Shown: one piece after another, positions 8,794-17,344 of the stretch
How the letters are laid out: the number at the start of each line of letters is the position of its first letter
Numbering within the stretch: the first letter of the stretch is position 1
Source of the DNA: an uncultured archaeon
GTDB taxonomy: Archaea > Iainarchaeota > Iainarchaeia > Iainarchaeales > CSSED10-239
NCBI GenBank assembly: GCA_964591795.1
Contig: CAZQEL010000007.1
Span: forward strand, 5,149-37,148
Reading direction: 5' to 3'
Length of the DNA stretch: 32,000 nucleotides
Made by a program: the position numbers and the translations under genes
The notes under the pieces: model-generated
Database searches by the model: none
What the model saw: only the letters and a program-made list of their open reading frames with translations
Told to the model about the DNA's origin: nothing

Positions 8794-9078
8794 ATGAATC
8801 TTCCAAAAACAGTAAAAGCATATTGTAAAAAATGTAAAAAACATACTGAACAAAAATTAAAAGCTTTCAAAGCTAGAAAAGCAAGAGCATTGGCTATCGG
8901 AACTAGAAAAAATGAAGCAAAACACAAATCCGGTTATGGTGGTAAAGCTAAATTAATTAAACCAGTTAAAAAACAAAATAAAAAACCAATTTACACAGCT
9001 GAATGCTTAATTTGTAAAACAAAAAGTTATTTTGTAATACCAAAAAAAATGAAGAAAACTGAAATTAAACAAGAATAA
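8794..9078 (+). CDS. rpl44e: 50S ribosomal protein L44e (eL42)
   Basis: 94 aa, MNLPKTVKAYCKKCKKHTEQKL...YGG...CLICK, with two CxxC zinc-ribbon pairs and a basic composition. Confidence 0.88.
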   Translation: MNLPKTVKAYCKKCKKHTEQKLKAFKARKARALAIGTRKNEAKHKSGYGGKAKLIKPVKKQNKKPIYTAECLICKTKSYFVIPKKMKKTEIKQE

Positions 9079-9176
9079 TTTTACAATTATTCTTTGTTTT
9101 AAAAACTCTTTTTCTTTTCTATTTTTTTATTATTAAAAACAAAGTATTTTTAAATTAAATTCATAACTATACTATT

Positions 9177-9857
9177 ATGGTTAAAATAGATAACTATTAT
9201 AGAGTAGTTGCATCAACTTTTGGAATTGCTTATATCATAGGTATAATTATTGCTTTAATATATGCCTATAGAGGAGAAATAATAGTTCAAACAGGAAGTA
9301 GTTTTATACAAAATCTATCTTTAACAAATTCAATTTATTTTAAACAAACGATGTATGAGATATTTAATAATGCCACAGATTTATTTTTAGTGCCTTTTGC
9401 ATATTTAGTTGCAGCAATCCAATTTTCATATATGCATGTAAATTTACTTACATCTTCATTTTTAGGTCAAGTTAAACTACTAGTACAATTAATTCCACAA
9501 TTTTTATTTTTTATAACATATATTATTTCAGCAACTTTAGGAATTAAAGTACTTTTATTAATAGTTAAAACTTTTATAAATAGCTTTATAATAAAAGAAA
9601 ATAAATATAAAATTAAAGAGCAATTTTTTACAAAAGAAGATATTAAACTTTTTTATATTGGTTTATCCACAATTGTTATTGGAGCAACAATTCAAACACA
9701 TTTAATTAAAGTTTTATTTATTTTCTTTGTTAATTTAAAATCAATTGCCTATATTTTAATTGCTCTTGTATATCTTTTGATAATAATATTATCTGGATAC
9801 ATTACAATTAAAACAATTAACAATTATTTAAAAAAATATAAGAAAGAAAAATTATGA
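9177..9857 (+). CDS. polytopic membrane protein (hypothetical), translationally coupled to the downstream ATPase
   Basis: 226 aa with five to six long hydrophobic segments and no recognisable soluble domain. Its stop overlaps the next start (ATGA at 9854-9857). Confidence 0.6.
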   Translation: MVKIDNYYRVVASTFGIAYIIGIIIALIYAYRGEIIVQTGSSFIQNLSLTNSIYFKQTMYEIFNNATDLFLVPFAYLVAAIQFSYMHVNLLTSSFLGQVKLLVQLIPQFLFFITYIISATLGIKVLLLIVKTFINSFIIKENKYKIKEQFFTKEDIKLFYIGLSTIVIGATIQTHLIKVLFIFFVNLKSIAYILIALVYLLIIILSGYITIKTINNYLKKYKKEKL

Positions 9858-11149
9858 GTTTAGATTTTACAGAAAATATTGTTGTTGGAAGACGGCAAAA
9901 CGATCTTAAAAAATACAAAGAAAAAGCAACAGGTTATATTGGAAAAGTTGTTGTTTCTGGTGGAGATAATCCAATTTTAGGAAAAAAAGTGCTAATGGAT
10001 CTTTCAAGATCACATGTAATGATTATTTGTGGTAAACGTGGTGGAGGAAAATCATACACACTATCTGTTGTAATGGAAGAATTTGCAAAACAACCATTTG
10101 AAATAAAGGACAGACTATCTGTAATTGTAATAGATACTGTTGGTATTTTTTGGACCATGAAATACCCAAATAAAGAAGTACCACAAAAAGTTTTAGATAA
10201 ATGGAATTTAACTCCAGAAGGAATAAAAATTAGAAATTTAATACCTTTTGGAAAAAAAGAATTTTACACAGAAAAAGAAATTCCTTTTGATGCTCCTTTT
10301 TCAATAAGAACTTCTCAAGTTGATTTAGAAGATTGGTTAGCTTTATTTAGACTTACTTGGAGAGATCCTGAATCATCTTTACTTTCAAGAACCATTGAAA
10401 ATTTAAAATTAAAACTTGGTAATTTATATGATATTGATGATATTATTACTCTTTCAAAAAAAGATATTGAAACAACAAAAGAGACTATTGATTCATTAAC
10501 TAACAGATTAAGAGTTGCAAAAACATGGGGCCTTTTTTCAAAATCAGGAACTACCATGAAAGAGTTTGCAAAATCAGGAACAATAACAACTATTGATGTA
10601 TCAACCTACAAACAAGCAATAGGTATGGAATCTGTCCAAGAATTAATTGTTGGTCTTTTAGGTAAAAAGTTATATGAAGAGAGAATGCTTTACAGAAAAG
10701 AAGAAGAAAAAAGTCTTCTTGAAGGTAAAAATAAAACCAGTGAAATGCCAATTGTTTGGATGGTTATTGATGAAGCACACATGTTTATGCCACAAGACAG
10801 ACCAAGTATGGCATTAGATGTTTTATTACAATGGATAAGAGTAGGTAGACAACCAGGACTTTCATTAATTCTTGCAACTCAAAGACCAAATAAACTTCAC
10901 TCAGAAACAATATCTCAATGTGATTTATTTTTAAGTATGAGAATGACTGCTCAAGAAGATATTCAAGCAGTTTCATCAATAAGACCTAGTTACTTACATG
11001 TACCTATGGATAAATACTATGCACAAATGCCTAAAGAACAAGGTTATGCAATAATGATTGATGATAACTCAGAAAAAGTAATGCTTTTAAAAATCAGACC
11101 TAGAACAACATGGGATGGTGGAAAAACAGCTAATGTTTTCTCAGATTAA
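9854..11149 (+). CDS. FtsK-HerA superfamily P-loop ATPase (DUF87/HerA-like)
   Basis: 431 aa with Walker A CGKRGGGKS, Walker B VWMVIDEAHMF, and an ATQRPNKL segment. Confidence 0.75.
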   Translation: MSLDFTENIVVGRRQNDLKKYKEKATGYIGKVVVSGGDNPILGKKVLMDLSRSHVMIICGKRGGGKSYTLSVVMEEFAKQPFEIKDRLSVIVIDTVGIFWTMKYPNKEVPQKVLDKWNLTPEGIKIRNLIPFGKKEFYTEKEIPFDAPFSIRTSQVDLEDWLALFRLTWRDPESSLLSRTIENLKLKLGNLYDIDDIITLSKKDIETTKETIDSLTNRLRVAKTWGLFSKSGTTMKEFAKSGTITTIDVSTYKQAIGMESVQELIVGLLGKKLYEERMLYRKEEEKSLLEGKNKTSEMPIVWMVIDEAHMFMPQDRPSMALDVLLQWIRVGRQPGLSLILATQRPNKLHSETISQCDLFLSMRMTAQEDIQAVSSIRPSYLHVPMDKYYAQMPKEQGYAIMIDDNSEKVMLLKIRPRTTWDGGKTANVFSD

Positions 11150-11294
11150 TTAAGTCTAAAATAAAATATTTAATACTTATTAAAAAGATAGAAATGAATA
11201 ATGTATCTTCTTAAAAAAAATTAAAAAAATCATAATTTAATAATTTTATGTTTACAAGATATATTTTAATTAACTACATTTTTAAATAATAATT

Positions 11295-12827
11295 TTATTT
11301 TAATTTTTTAAATTTATTTATTATTTCTTTTTCTTCATCTTTAATTTTATTAATTGCACTCATAACTTCTTTCTTTTCTTTTTTTATTTTTTCAGAAATC
11401 ATCTTACTTTCCTTCTTTGTAAATTCTTTAAGTATAATTTCTTCATTTCTTGCTTTTATAAATAATTTTTTTTCTTCATGTGATAAATATATTCCAAATA
11501 TTTTAAATCCATAAAAAACTGGTTTCTGTAAAATAATATTTTTAAAAAGATTTATATTTCTTCTATTTAAATCTTCAATAGTTCTACCATATAAATATGC
11601 AAATACCCTAAATACAGCAGAAACTAAAAATACTGTAATTAAAGCATATAATTCATTTCCAAAATAATTTCTTGCAATAGAGATAATCCATGCACCAAAC
11701 AAAGTTCCTAATAGAATAGCAGTTGCTTGAATTATTAAAAAGAAAGATGAATGATTAATTAAATCTGATTTTATATTTTGATAAAAATAATTTGTTATGG
11801 ATAAATTAAACCCTGCAAAAACAATTCCTCCAAAAAAACTAGATAACACAATTATAAAATATGATTTATAAAATAATGCTGGAAGCAAAATAAATAAAGG
11901 CATGAATAAAACTGAAGTCTTTAAAATTTTAATAGAACCATATTTATCAGAAATATAACCCCAATAACTTAAACTTAATAAAGTTCCAGCAATAAATACT
12001 ATCTTCCACCAAATATACATTGTATATGTATATGCTAAGGTATCTAATAAAAAATAAGACAAATATAAAGTACCAATATATAATCCAAAATAAAAAATAA
12101 TTATAAATATTAAAAAATTAAGAAAAGGTTTATCATTCAATACTTCTTTTTTAAAAATTTTAAAAACAGGTTTAATTCTTTTTTTTGTTTCAATTAAAAT
12201 ACTCTTTTTATCTTCAGTAACACTCATTTTTTTTAAATATCTAGAAGAAATAAATCTAAATAAACCAGCACAAATAAATATTATTGTAAATCCAACTAAT
12301 GTTTCTGATGATTTAATTATATCTAAAAAATAGCCAGTTAAAATAATTGGAATAATTGATATAAATTCAAGAATTATATATTTTTTTGCAAGATAACCAC
12401 CCATTTTTTTAATAGGAAATATTTTTCTAATCCAATCTAAATAAATTGGATGAACAATAGTTCCTAATCCAATTATTATAATATATACAGCAATAGTAAC
12501 CCAAATAGTTAAGCTATTACTAAAAAAGAAATGTGCAATAGCTAATGGTAACCACAATAATGCTTGTAAAGTTACAAACACTACAACTGAGTTTTTCTTA
12601 GATTGAAATAATCTTAGTAATCTATATGAAATTAAAACTAACAAAGATGCTAAAAAGATAGGTAATGCTTGTAATAAACCAACTTGTAATGGATTTGCTC
12701 CTAATGAAATAACATATGGAACTAAAAAAGTTAATGCAATTGAATTCATTAGAACCCAAAAAACACCATATTTTACTGAAAATTCAAAATCTTTTTTAAT
12801 TTGTTTTTCTGATTGCTTAAATGTCAT
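11295..12827 (-). CDS. MFS-like transporter with a Lys/Glu-rich C-terminal extension
   Basis: 510 aa with about 12 hydrophobic spans. GYISDKYGSIKIL resembles MFS motif A. The last 70 aa or so are KE-rich (coiled-coil-like). Confidence 0.5.
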   Translation of the reverse strand: MTFKQSEKQIKKDFEFSVKYGVFWVLMNSIALTFLVPYVISLGANPLQVGLLQALPIFLASLLVLISYRLLRLFQSKKNSVVVFVTLQALLWLPLAIAHFFFSNSLTIWVTIAVYIIIIGLGTIVHPIYLDWIRKIFPIKKMGGYLAKKYIILEFISIIPIILTGYFLDIIKSSETLVGFTIIFICAGLFRFISSRYLKKMSVTEDKKSILIETKKRIKPVFKIFKKEVLNDKPFLNFLIFIIIFYFGLYIGTLYLSYFLLDTLAYTYTMYIWWKIVFIAGTLLSLSYWGYISDKYGSIKILKTSVLFMPLFILLPALFYKSYFIIVLSSFFGGIVFAGFNLSITNYFYQNIKSDLINHSSFFLIIQATAILLGTLFGAWIISIARNYFGNELYALITVFLVSAVFRVFAYLYGRTIEDLNRRNINLFKNIILQKPVFYGFKIFGIYLSHEEKKLFIKARNEEIILKEFTKKESKMISEKIKKEKKEVMSAINKIKDEEKEIINKFKKLK

Positions 12828-12891
12828 ATTAAATCAATTAAAAATATTGGTTAGAATATAAATTAATAAACAAATAGTTTATATAAATATG

Positions 12892-12965
12892 TGCTCGAAA
12901 GGGGATTCGGACCCCCGTTATCAGAGTGAGAGTCTGATGTGATTACCGGGCTACACTATTCGAGC
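12892..12965 (-). tRNA. tRNA-Glu(CUC): tRNA-Glu (anticodon CUC), with the T-loop reading TCCGAAT
   Basis: Hand fold. Acceptor GCTCGAA/TTCGAGC plus A73. Anticodon stem TCAGA/TCTGA with loop CTCTCAC. T arm GGGGG-TCCGAAT-CCCCT. Length 74 nt. Confidence 0.75.
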
Positions 12966-12980
12966 ATTTATTTTTAAAAA

Positions 12981-13062
12981 TGCAAGGGACAGGATTTGAA
13001 CCTGCGAAGCACTAAGCACACGGTTCTTAGCCGTGCCCCTTTGACCACTCGGGAACCCCTGC
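12981..13062 (-). tRNA. tRNA-Leu(AAG): class II tRNA-Leu, anticodon loop CUAAGAA (anticodon AAG as folded)
   Basis: Hand fold. Acceptor GCAGGGG/CCCTTGC plus A73. Anticodon stem CACGG/CCGTG. 13-nt variable arm TGCTTAGTGCTTC. T arm GCAGG-TTCAAAT-CCTGT. Length 82 nt. Confidence 0.75.
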
Positions 13063-13117
13063 ATAAAAAAACAGTTTATTATATATATAATATAGAATCA
13101 AAAAGAATATAAATAAA

Positions 13118-13735
13118 TTATATTTCTGAATTTTCATTTTTAGTTGGTTTTTTTTGTTTAATTAGCTCTGAATCAATACCATCTCCAACATCATCATCTT
13201 TAGTTTCATCTAAATCAAAAGAAGAATCATTGTTATTTTCATCAGAATTAAAATCATCTCCATCATCAAAATCATCTTCTACAAAATCATCAAGTGATTC
13301 ACTATTATCTGTATCAGATTTTAAATCATCTGAATTATACTCAGAATCATCAATATCTTCTTCTAATTCATTAGCTTTTTTCAACCCTAAAATATTTGTA
13401 GATATATTTTTTTGATTTGAATAAGATGTAAAATATACAATTAAAAAAAATCCAGCTATAAAATAAAATGCAATTTTATAAAAAATATTTAAATTAATAT
13501 CCATAAATAAACGAACAAATAAAACAATAGAAAAAAATAACTCTAGTTTTGACAAATATCTTTTTTGTTTAAATAACTCAAAAAAGTTTATTTTAATAAA
13601 TGCTAAAAAAGAAAGAGAAATAAAAATTAAACTTAAAGTTTCATTATCATAAAAAATAAAAGAAAATAAAGTAGATATAAATAAAATATATGATGCGAAT
13701 TTTCTAAACAATAAAACTATTTTATTCATATGCAT
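13118..13735 (-). CDS. membrane protein with a highly acidic C-terminal tail (hypothetical)
   Basis: 205 aa. Four hydrophobic segments are followed by about 90 aa rich in D/E/S/N (DDFVEDDFDDGDDFNSDENNND). Confidence 0.5.
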   Translation of the reverse strand: MHMNKIVLLFRKFASYILFISTLFSFIFYDNETLSLIFISLSFLAFIKINFFELFKQKRYLSKLELFFSIVLFVRLFMDINLNIFYKIAFYFIAGFFLIVYFTSYSNQKNISTNILGLKKANELEEDIDDSEYNSDDLKSDTDNSESLDDFVEDDFDDGDDFNSDENNNDSSFDLDETKDDDVGDGIDSELIKQKKPTKNENSEI

Positions 13736-13773
13736 TTATCATCTCTTATTTTAAATGAAAACAACCTTAGTAA

Positions 13774-14349
13774 CTAACAATTACAAGAAGATTTGTCATC
13801 ATCACAGTCATCACAACCATCTTTAGCACAACTATCAGCCTCACTAGATTTAGTATGTTCATGACCAGGATGTTTACTAGCTAACTCATCTTCAAATAAT
13901 TTTACTTGAGCTTCTGAAAAAATTGTTTTTATTTCAATTTCAAAAGTTAAATCTTCACCAGCTAAAGGATGATTAATTACAGCTTTAATTTTGTCATCCA
14001 AAATATCAACCACATCAATCTTTATAGGTCCCATATCTGTCATAAAATTAAAACTCTTACCTTTTTCTAAAACTTTAATATCCTTAAAAGAAGTTTTAGG
14101 AACTTCTACAGATTCTATATTTTTAGGCCCGTAAGCATCTTTAAAAGGAATAGTAAATTCTTTCTTAGCACCCACATCTAAATCTAAAACTGTAGCATCA
14201 AACCCAGGAATTACCATACCAGCACCAACTTTAAATTTTAAAGGATCCTTATCTTTTGAAGTATCGAATATTTCTCCGTTTTTTAATTTTCCAGTATACT
14301 CCACTTCAATCCAATCATTTTGTACAATAGTCATAAGTATCAACTCCAT
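13774..14349 (-). CDS. slyD: FKBP-type peptidyl-prolyl cis-trans isomerase, SlyD-like, with a Cys/His/Asp-rich tail
   Basis: FKBP core G.IFDTS...PLKFKVGAGMVIPGFD...AYGP. An insert-in-flap segment ends in NHPLAGEDLTFEIEI. The tail is HPGHEH...SCAKDGCDDCDDDKSSCNC. The start is possibly the ATG at 14334, where GGAG lies 9 nt upstream. Confidence 0.82.
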   Translation of the reverse strand: MELILMTIVQNDWIEVEYTGKLKNGEIFDTSKDKDPLKFKVGAGMVIPGFDATVLDLDVGAKKEFTIPFKDAYGPKNIESVEVPKTSFKDIKVLEKGKSFNFMTDMGPIKIDVVDILDDKIKAVINHPLAGEDLTFEIEIKTIFSEAQVKLFEDELASKHPGHEHTKSSEADSCAKDGCDDCDDDKSSCNC

Positions 14350-14670
14350 TTTTAAATAATTATGTGACTAAAGGTTTATAAATTGATTTTGTCCTAAAAT
14401 AAATGATGATTAAATTATAATATAATTTTAAAATTAAACCAAATACAATAAAAAGAATATATATTTATAAATAAATAGTTATTTCAATAAAATAAAGAAA
14501 GACAAAAATAAAGTAATTAAACAAATTATGAATATATTCAAATAATACATATGTTTAAATAAACTTTATGTATTATATTATATATTAGTATTATAACAAA
14601 TGATAACTTATTTTATAGCAAATAATAACTTATTCTTATAATAATAAAAAACAAAAAAAATGGAAAAAAT

Positions 14671-16377
14671 ATGAACGAATTTAAAAAATTAAATCTTAGT
14701 GTAGATGTTCTTAAAGCTATAGACGCTTTAAATTTTAAAGAACCTACAGAAGTACAAATTAAATCTATTCCTAAAATATTAGCTGGAGATAACTTAATTG
14801 TTCAATCAGCAACAGGAACTGGAAAAACAATAGCTTTTTTAGGAGCAACAATTTCTAAAATAAAACCTGAAAAAAAAGCACAAATATTAATAATAACTCC
14901 AACAAGAGAACTTGCTATACAAATACTTAGTGAAGCAATAAAATTATCTAAATTTTCAAGAACTTTTTCAAGTGCTATATATGGAGGAGATTCAATATCA
15001 AGACAAGCATCAGAATTAAGAAATGCGGATATTGTAATTGGAACCCCTGGTAGATTAATTGACCAAATGGGAAGAAAAAATTTAAAACTACACAATCTTA
15101 AATATGTAATTTTGGATGAAGCAGATAGAATGTGTGACATGGGATTTTTTAATGATATTTCAAAAATATTTGATAAAACTTCAGAAGAAAAACAAATACT
15201 TTTATTTTCAGCTACAATTACAAGAGATGTTGAAAAACTTAAAAGAAAATATATTAAAAAATCAGAACAAATAATAATTGACAGCTACGTTGACCCTAAT
15301 AAACTAATACAAGAATACTATATTGTTAAAGAAAATAATAAACTATCTTTAATGGTTGATTTACTTAAAAAAAATAAAGGTAAAAAATCACTTTTATTTT
15401 GTAATACAAGAAGTGAAGTTGATTTATTATACCATAATTTTAAAATACATAATATTGAATGTTTTAAATTACATGGTGGACTTGAACAAAGAACAAGAAC
15501 AAACACTATTGCAAAATACCACAAACATGAAACAGCAGTTTTAATTTCAACAGATGTTTCTGCAAGAGGAATACATGTTGATAATTTAGAATTTATTTAC
15601 AATTTTGATATTCCTAGAGAATATACTCAATATGTTCATAGAATAGGTCGAACCGCAAGAGCTGGAAATGATGGTGTTGCAATAACATTAATAAACAAAA
15701 AACTTTTTGAAACCTATAAAAAGATGTGCAGACACTTTAAATTTAAACCAATTGAAAAAAGTTTACCAAACTATGAAATATTAAGTATGTCAAAACCAGA
15801 AAGACAAAACTCAAGACCAAGATATACTAATAGTAAAGTTAAAAATGATAGATTAAAAAGTAATGTTTTTGGAAAAAGAAAATTTGGTAGTAAACCAAGA
15901 CAATTCAATCATAAATTTCTTGAAGATATAACTGCAAAAGATGGTTCTCCACAAAATAGATCTAGAGTTCCAAGAGATAGACCAAGAGATTTTAGAGATA
16001 GACCTAGAGATTTTAAAGATAGACGTAGAGACTTTAATAAAGAAAGTAGTTCAAGAGATAGATTTTCAAAAACAAAAGAAAGACCTATAGACTTTAAAGA
16101 CACTACTTCTAGAAATAGAAACTCACACAAAGGCCCAAAAGATAGATTTTCAAAAACAAAAGAGAGATCTGGAGCTTTTAAAGATAAACATAAACGCTCA
16201 AGAGGCCCTCCAAGAGATCCTAGAGATAAAGCACCAGGATCTATAGGAAGACCAGCATCACTTTTAAACAAACCAAGAAGTACAGTAACTGAAAAAGATA
16301 TTGACAAAATTAGAAAAGTTACTTTAAAAAAGAAAGAAGAATACAAAAGATCAAAAGAAAGAAAACATAGAAAATAA
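14671..16377 (+). CDS. DEAD-box ATP-dependent RNA helicase with a long Arg/Asp/Lys/Pro-rich repeat tail
   Basis: Q-motif region, then SATGTGKT, PTRELA, DEAD, SAT and HRIGRTARAG. The C-terminal 190 aa or so are low complexity with internal repeats. Confidence 0.9.
   Translation: MNEFKKLNLSVDVLKAIDALNFKEPTEVQIKSIPKILAGDNLIVQSATGTGKTIAFLGATISKIKPEKKAQILIITPTRELAIQILSEAIKLSKFSRTFSSAIYGGDSISRQASELRNADIVIGTPGRLIDQMGRKNLKLHNLKYVILDEADRMCDMGFFNDISKIFDKTSEEKQILLFSATITRDVEKLKRKYIKKSEQIIIDSYVDPNKLIQEYYIVKENNKLSLMVDLLKKNKGKKSLLFCNTRSEVDLLYHNFKIHNIECFKLHGGLEQRTRTNTIAKYHKHETAVLISTDVSARGIHVDNLEFIYNFDIPREYTQYVHRIGRTARAGNDGVAITLINKKLFETYKKMCRHFKFKPIEKSLPNYEILSMSKPERQNSRPRYTNSKVKNDRLKSNVFGKRKFGSKPRQFNHKFLEDITAKDGSPQNRSRVPRDRPRDFRDRPRDFKDRRRDFNKESSSRDRFSKTKERPIDFKDTTSRNRNSHKGPKDRFSKTKERSGAFKDKHKRSRGPPRDPRDKAPGSIGRPASLLNKPRSTVTEKDIDKIRKVTLKKKEEYKRSKERKHRK
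15973..16035 (+). repeat. 3 x 21-bp in-frame tandem repeat encoding (R/K)DR(P/R)RDF
   Basis: agagatagaccaagagatttt / agagatagacctagagatttt / aaagatagacgtagagacttt. A second 48-nt segment at 16054-16101 recurs at 16138-16185 (DRFSKTKER...FKD). Confidence 0.8.
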
Positions 16378-16382
16378 AAAAA

Positions 16383-16412
16383 TTATTTGTAGGATTTAAG
16401 TCCTACAAATAA
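16383..16412 (+). terminator. perfect 12-bp hairpin 6 nt after the helicase stop codon
   Basis: ttatttgtagga (16383-16394), loop tttaag, then tcctacaaataa (16401-16412). No strong T-run follows. Confidence 0.4.
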
Positions 16413-16546
16413 ACTATTTCTTATAACTATAAAACCAATAAGCTATTTTTTACAAAATAATTCTTAACTTCATATTGAAACTAAATAGAAATTATTAAAA
16501 ACTAATACTAACATAATTTTAATAATTAATAAAGAGGGTGAAAAAA

Positions 16547-17323
16547 ATGATATTAACATATGTTCTAATAATAATTGTATTTATTTTACTAATTAGTTTA
16601 AGAGTAATTAAAGAATATGAAAGAGGAATAAAATTTACTTTCGGAAAATTCACAAAAATAATGGATCCTGGGTTAAATATAGTAGTACCAATAGTACATA
16701 CATACCAAACAGTAGACTTAAGAGTAAAAGCAGTTGATGTTCCAAATCAAGAAGCTATTACAAAAGATAATATACCAACTGGAATAAATGCAGTTATATA
16801 TTATAAAATAACAAATGCACAAAAAGCAATATTAGAAGTTGAAAATTATTTTTACGCAACAAGTCAATTAGCACAAACAACTATGAGAAATATTGTTGGT
16901 GAAGTTGAATTAGATGAACTTTTATCTAAAAGAGATAAAATTGCAAATAAAATAAAAGAAATAATTGATCGTGCAACAGACCCATGGGGAATTAGTGTTG
17001 AAGCAGTTGAACTTAAAGATATTATACTTCCAGAAAATATGAAAAGAGTAATTGCAAAACAAGCAGAAGCTGAAAGAGAAAAAAGATCTTCAATAATTAA
17101 AGCTGAAGGTGAAGTAATTGCATCCGGAAATCTTTCAAAAGCAGCAAACACATTATCTCAAGCACCAGGAGCTTTACATCTTAGAACATTGCAAACATTA
17201 AATGATCTTTCATCAGATCAAAGTAACACAGTTATATTTGCAATACCTTTAGAAATATTAAGAGCTTTTGAATCGTTAGATACAAAAAAAATAACAGAAA
17301 CTATTAAAAAAATAAAAAAATAG
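16547..17323 (+). CDS. SPFH/band-7 (stomatin/prohibitin-family) membrane protein
   Basis: N-terminal TM segment, then the SPFH core (VPNQEAITKDN...YYKI...LRNIVGE..LDELLS.RD.I) and a coiled AEAEREKR segment. I prefer the ATG at 16547 (GAGGG lies 8 nt upstream) over the GTG at 16538 used by the ORF track. Confidence 0.85.
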   Translation: MILTYVLIIIVFILLISLRVIKEYERGIKFTFGKFTKIMDPGLNIVVPIVHTYQTVDLRVKAVDVPNQEAITKDNIPTGINAVIYYKITNAQKAILEVENYFYATSQLAQTTMRNIVGEVELDELLSKRDKIANKIKEIIDRATDPWGISVEAVELKDIILPENMKRVIAKQAEAEREKRSSIIKAEGEVIASGNLSKAANTLSQAPGALHLRTLQTLNDLSSDQSNTVIFAIPLEILRAFESLDTKKITETIKKIKK

Positions 17324-17344
17324 TTTCTTGTTTTTTTTCTTTTT

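Noticed and set aside
14403-14409. Exact box C-like ATGATGA in the 320-bp spacer upstream of the DEAD-box helicase
   Set aside because: No CTGA D box or terminal stem lies within the following 70 nt or so. A single heptamer is expected by chance in AT-rich DNA.
15909-16346. 145-aa ORF antisense to the DEAD-box helicase tail
   Set aside because: It lies entirely opposite the AGA/GAT/AAA-rich repeat region, whose reverse complement cannot contain stops. Its Leu/Ser-rich low-complexity product mirrors the sense repeats. There is no SD or start context.
16547-17323. SPFH gene as part of the usual stomatin-NfeD operon
   Set aside because: No NfeD-like membrane protease ORF is adjacent on either side. 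The neighbours are a helicase and the convergent cysK-like gene. It is therefore treated as a solitary housekeeping membrane scaffold.
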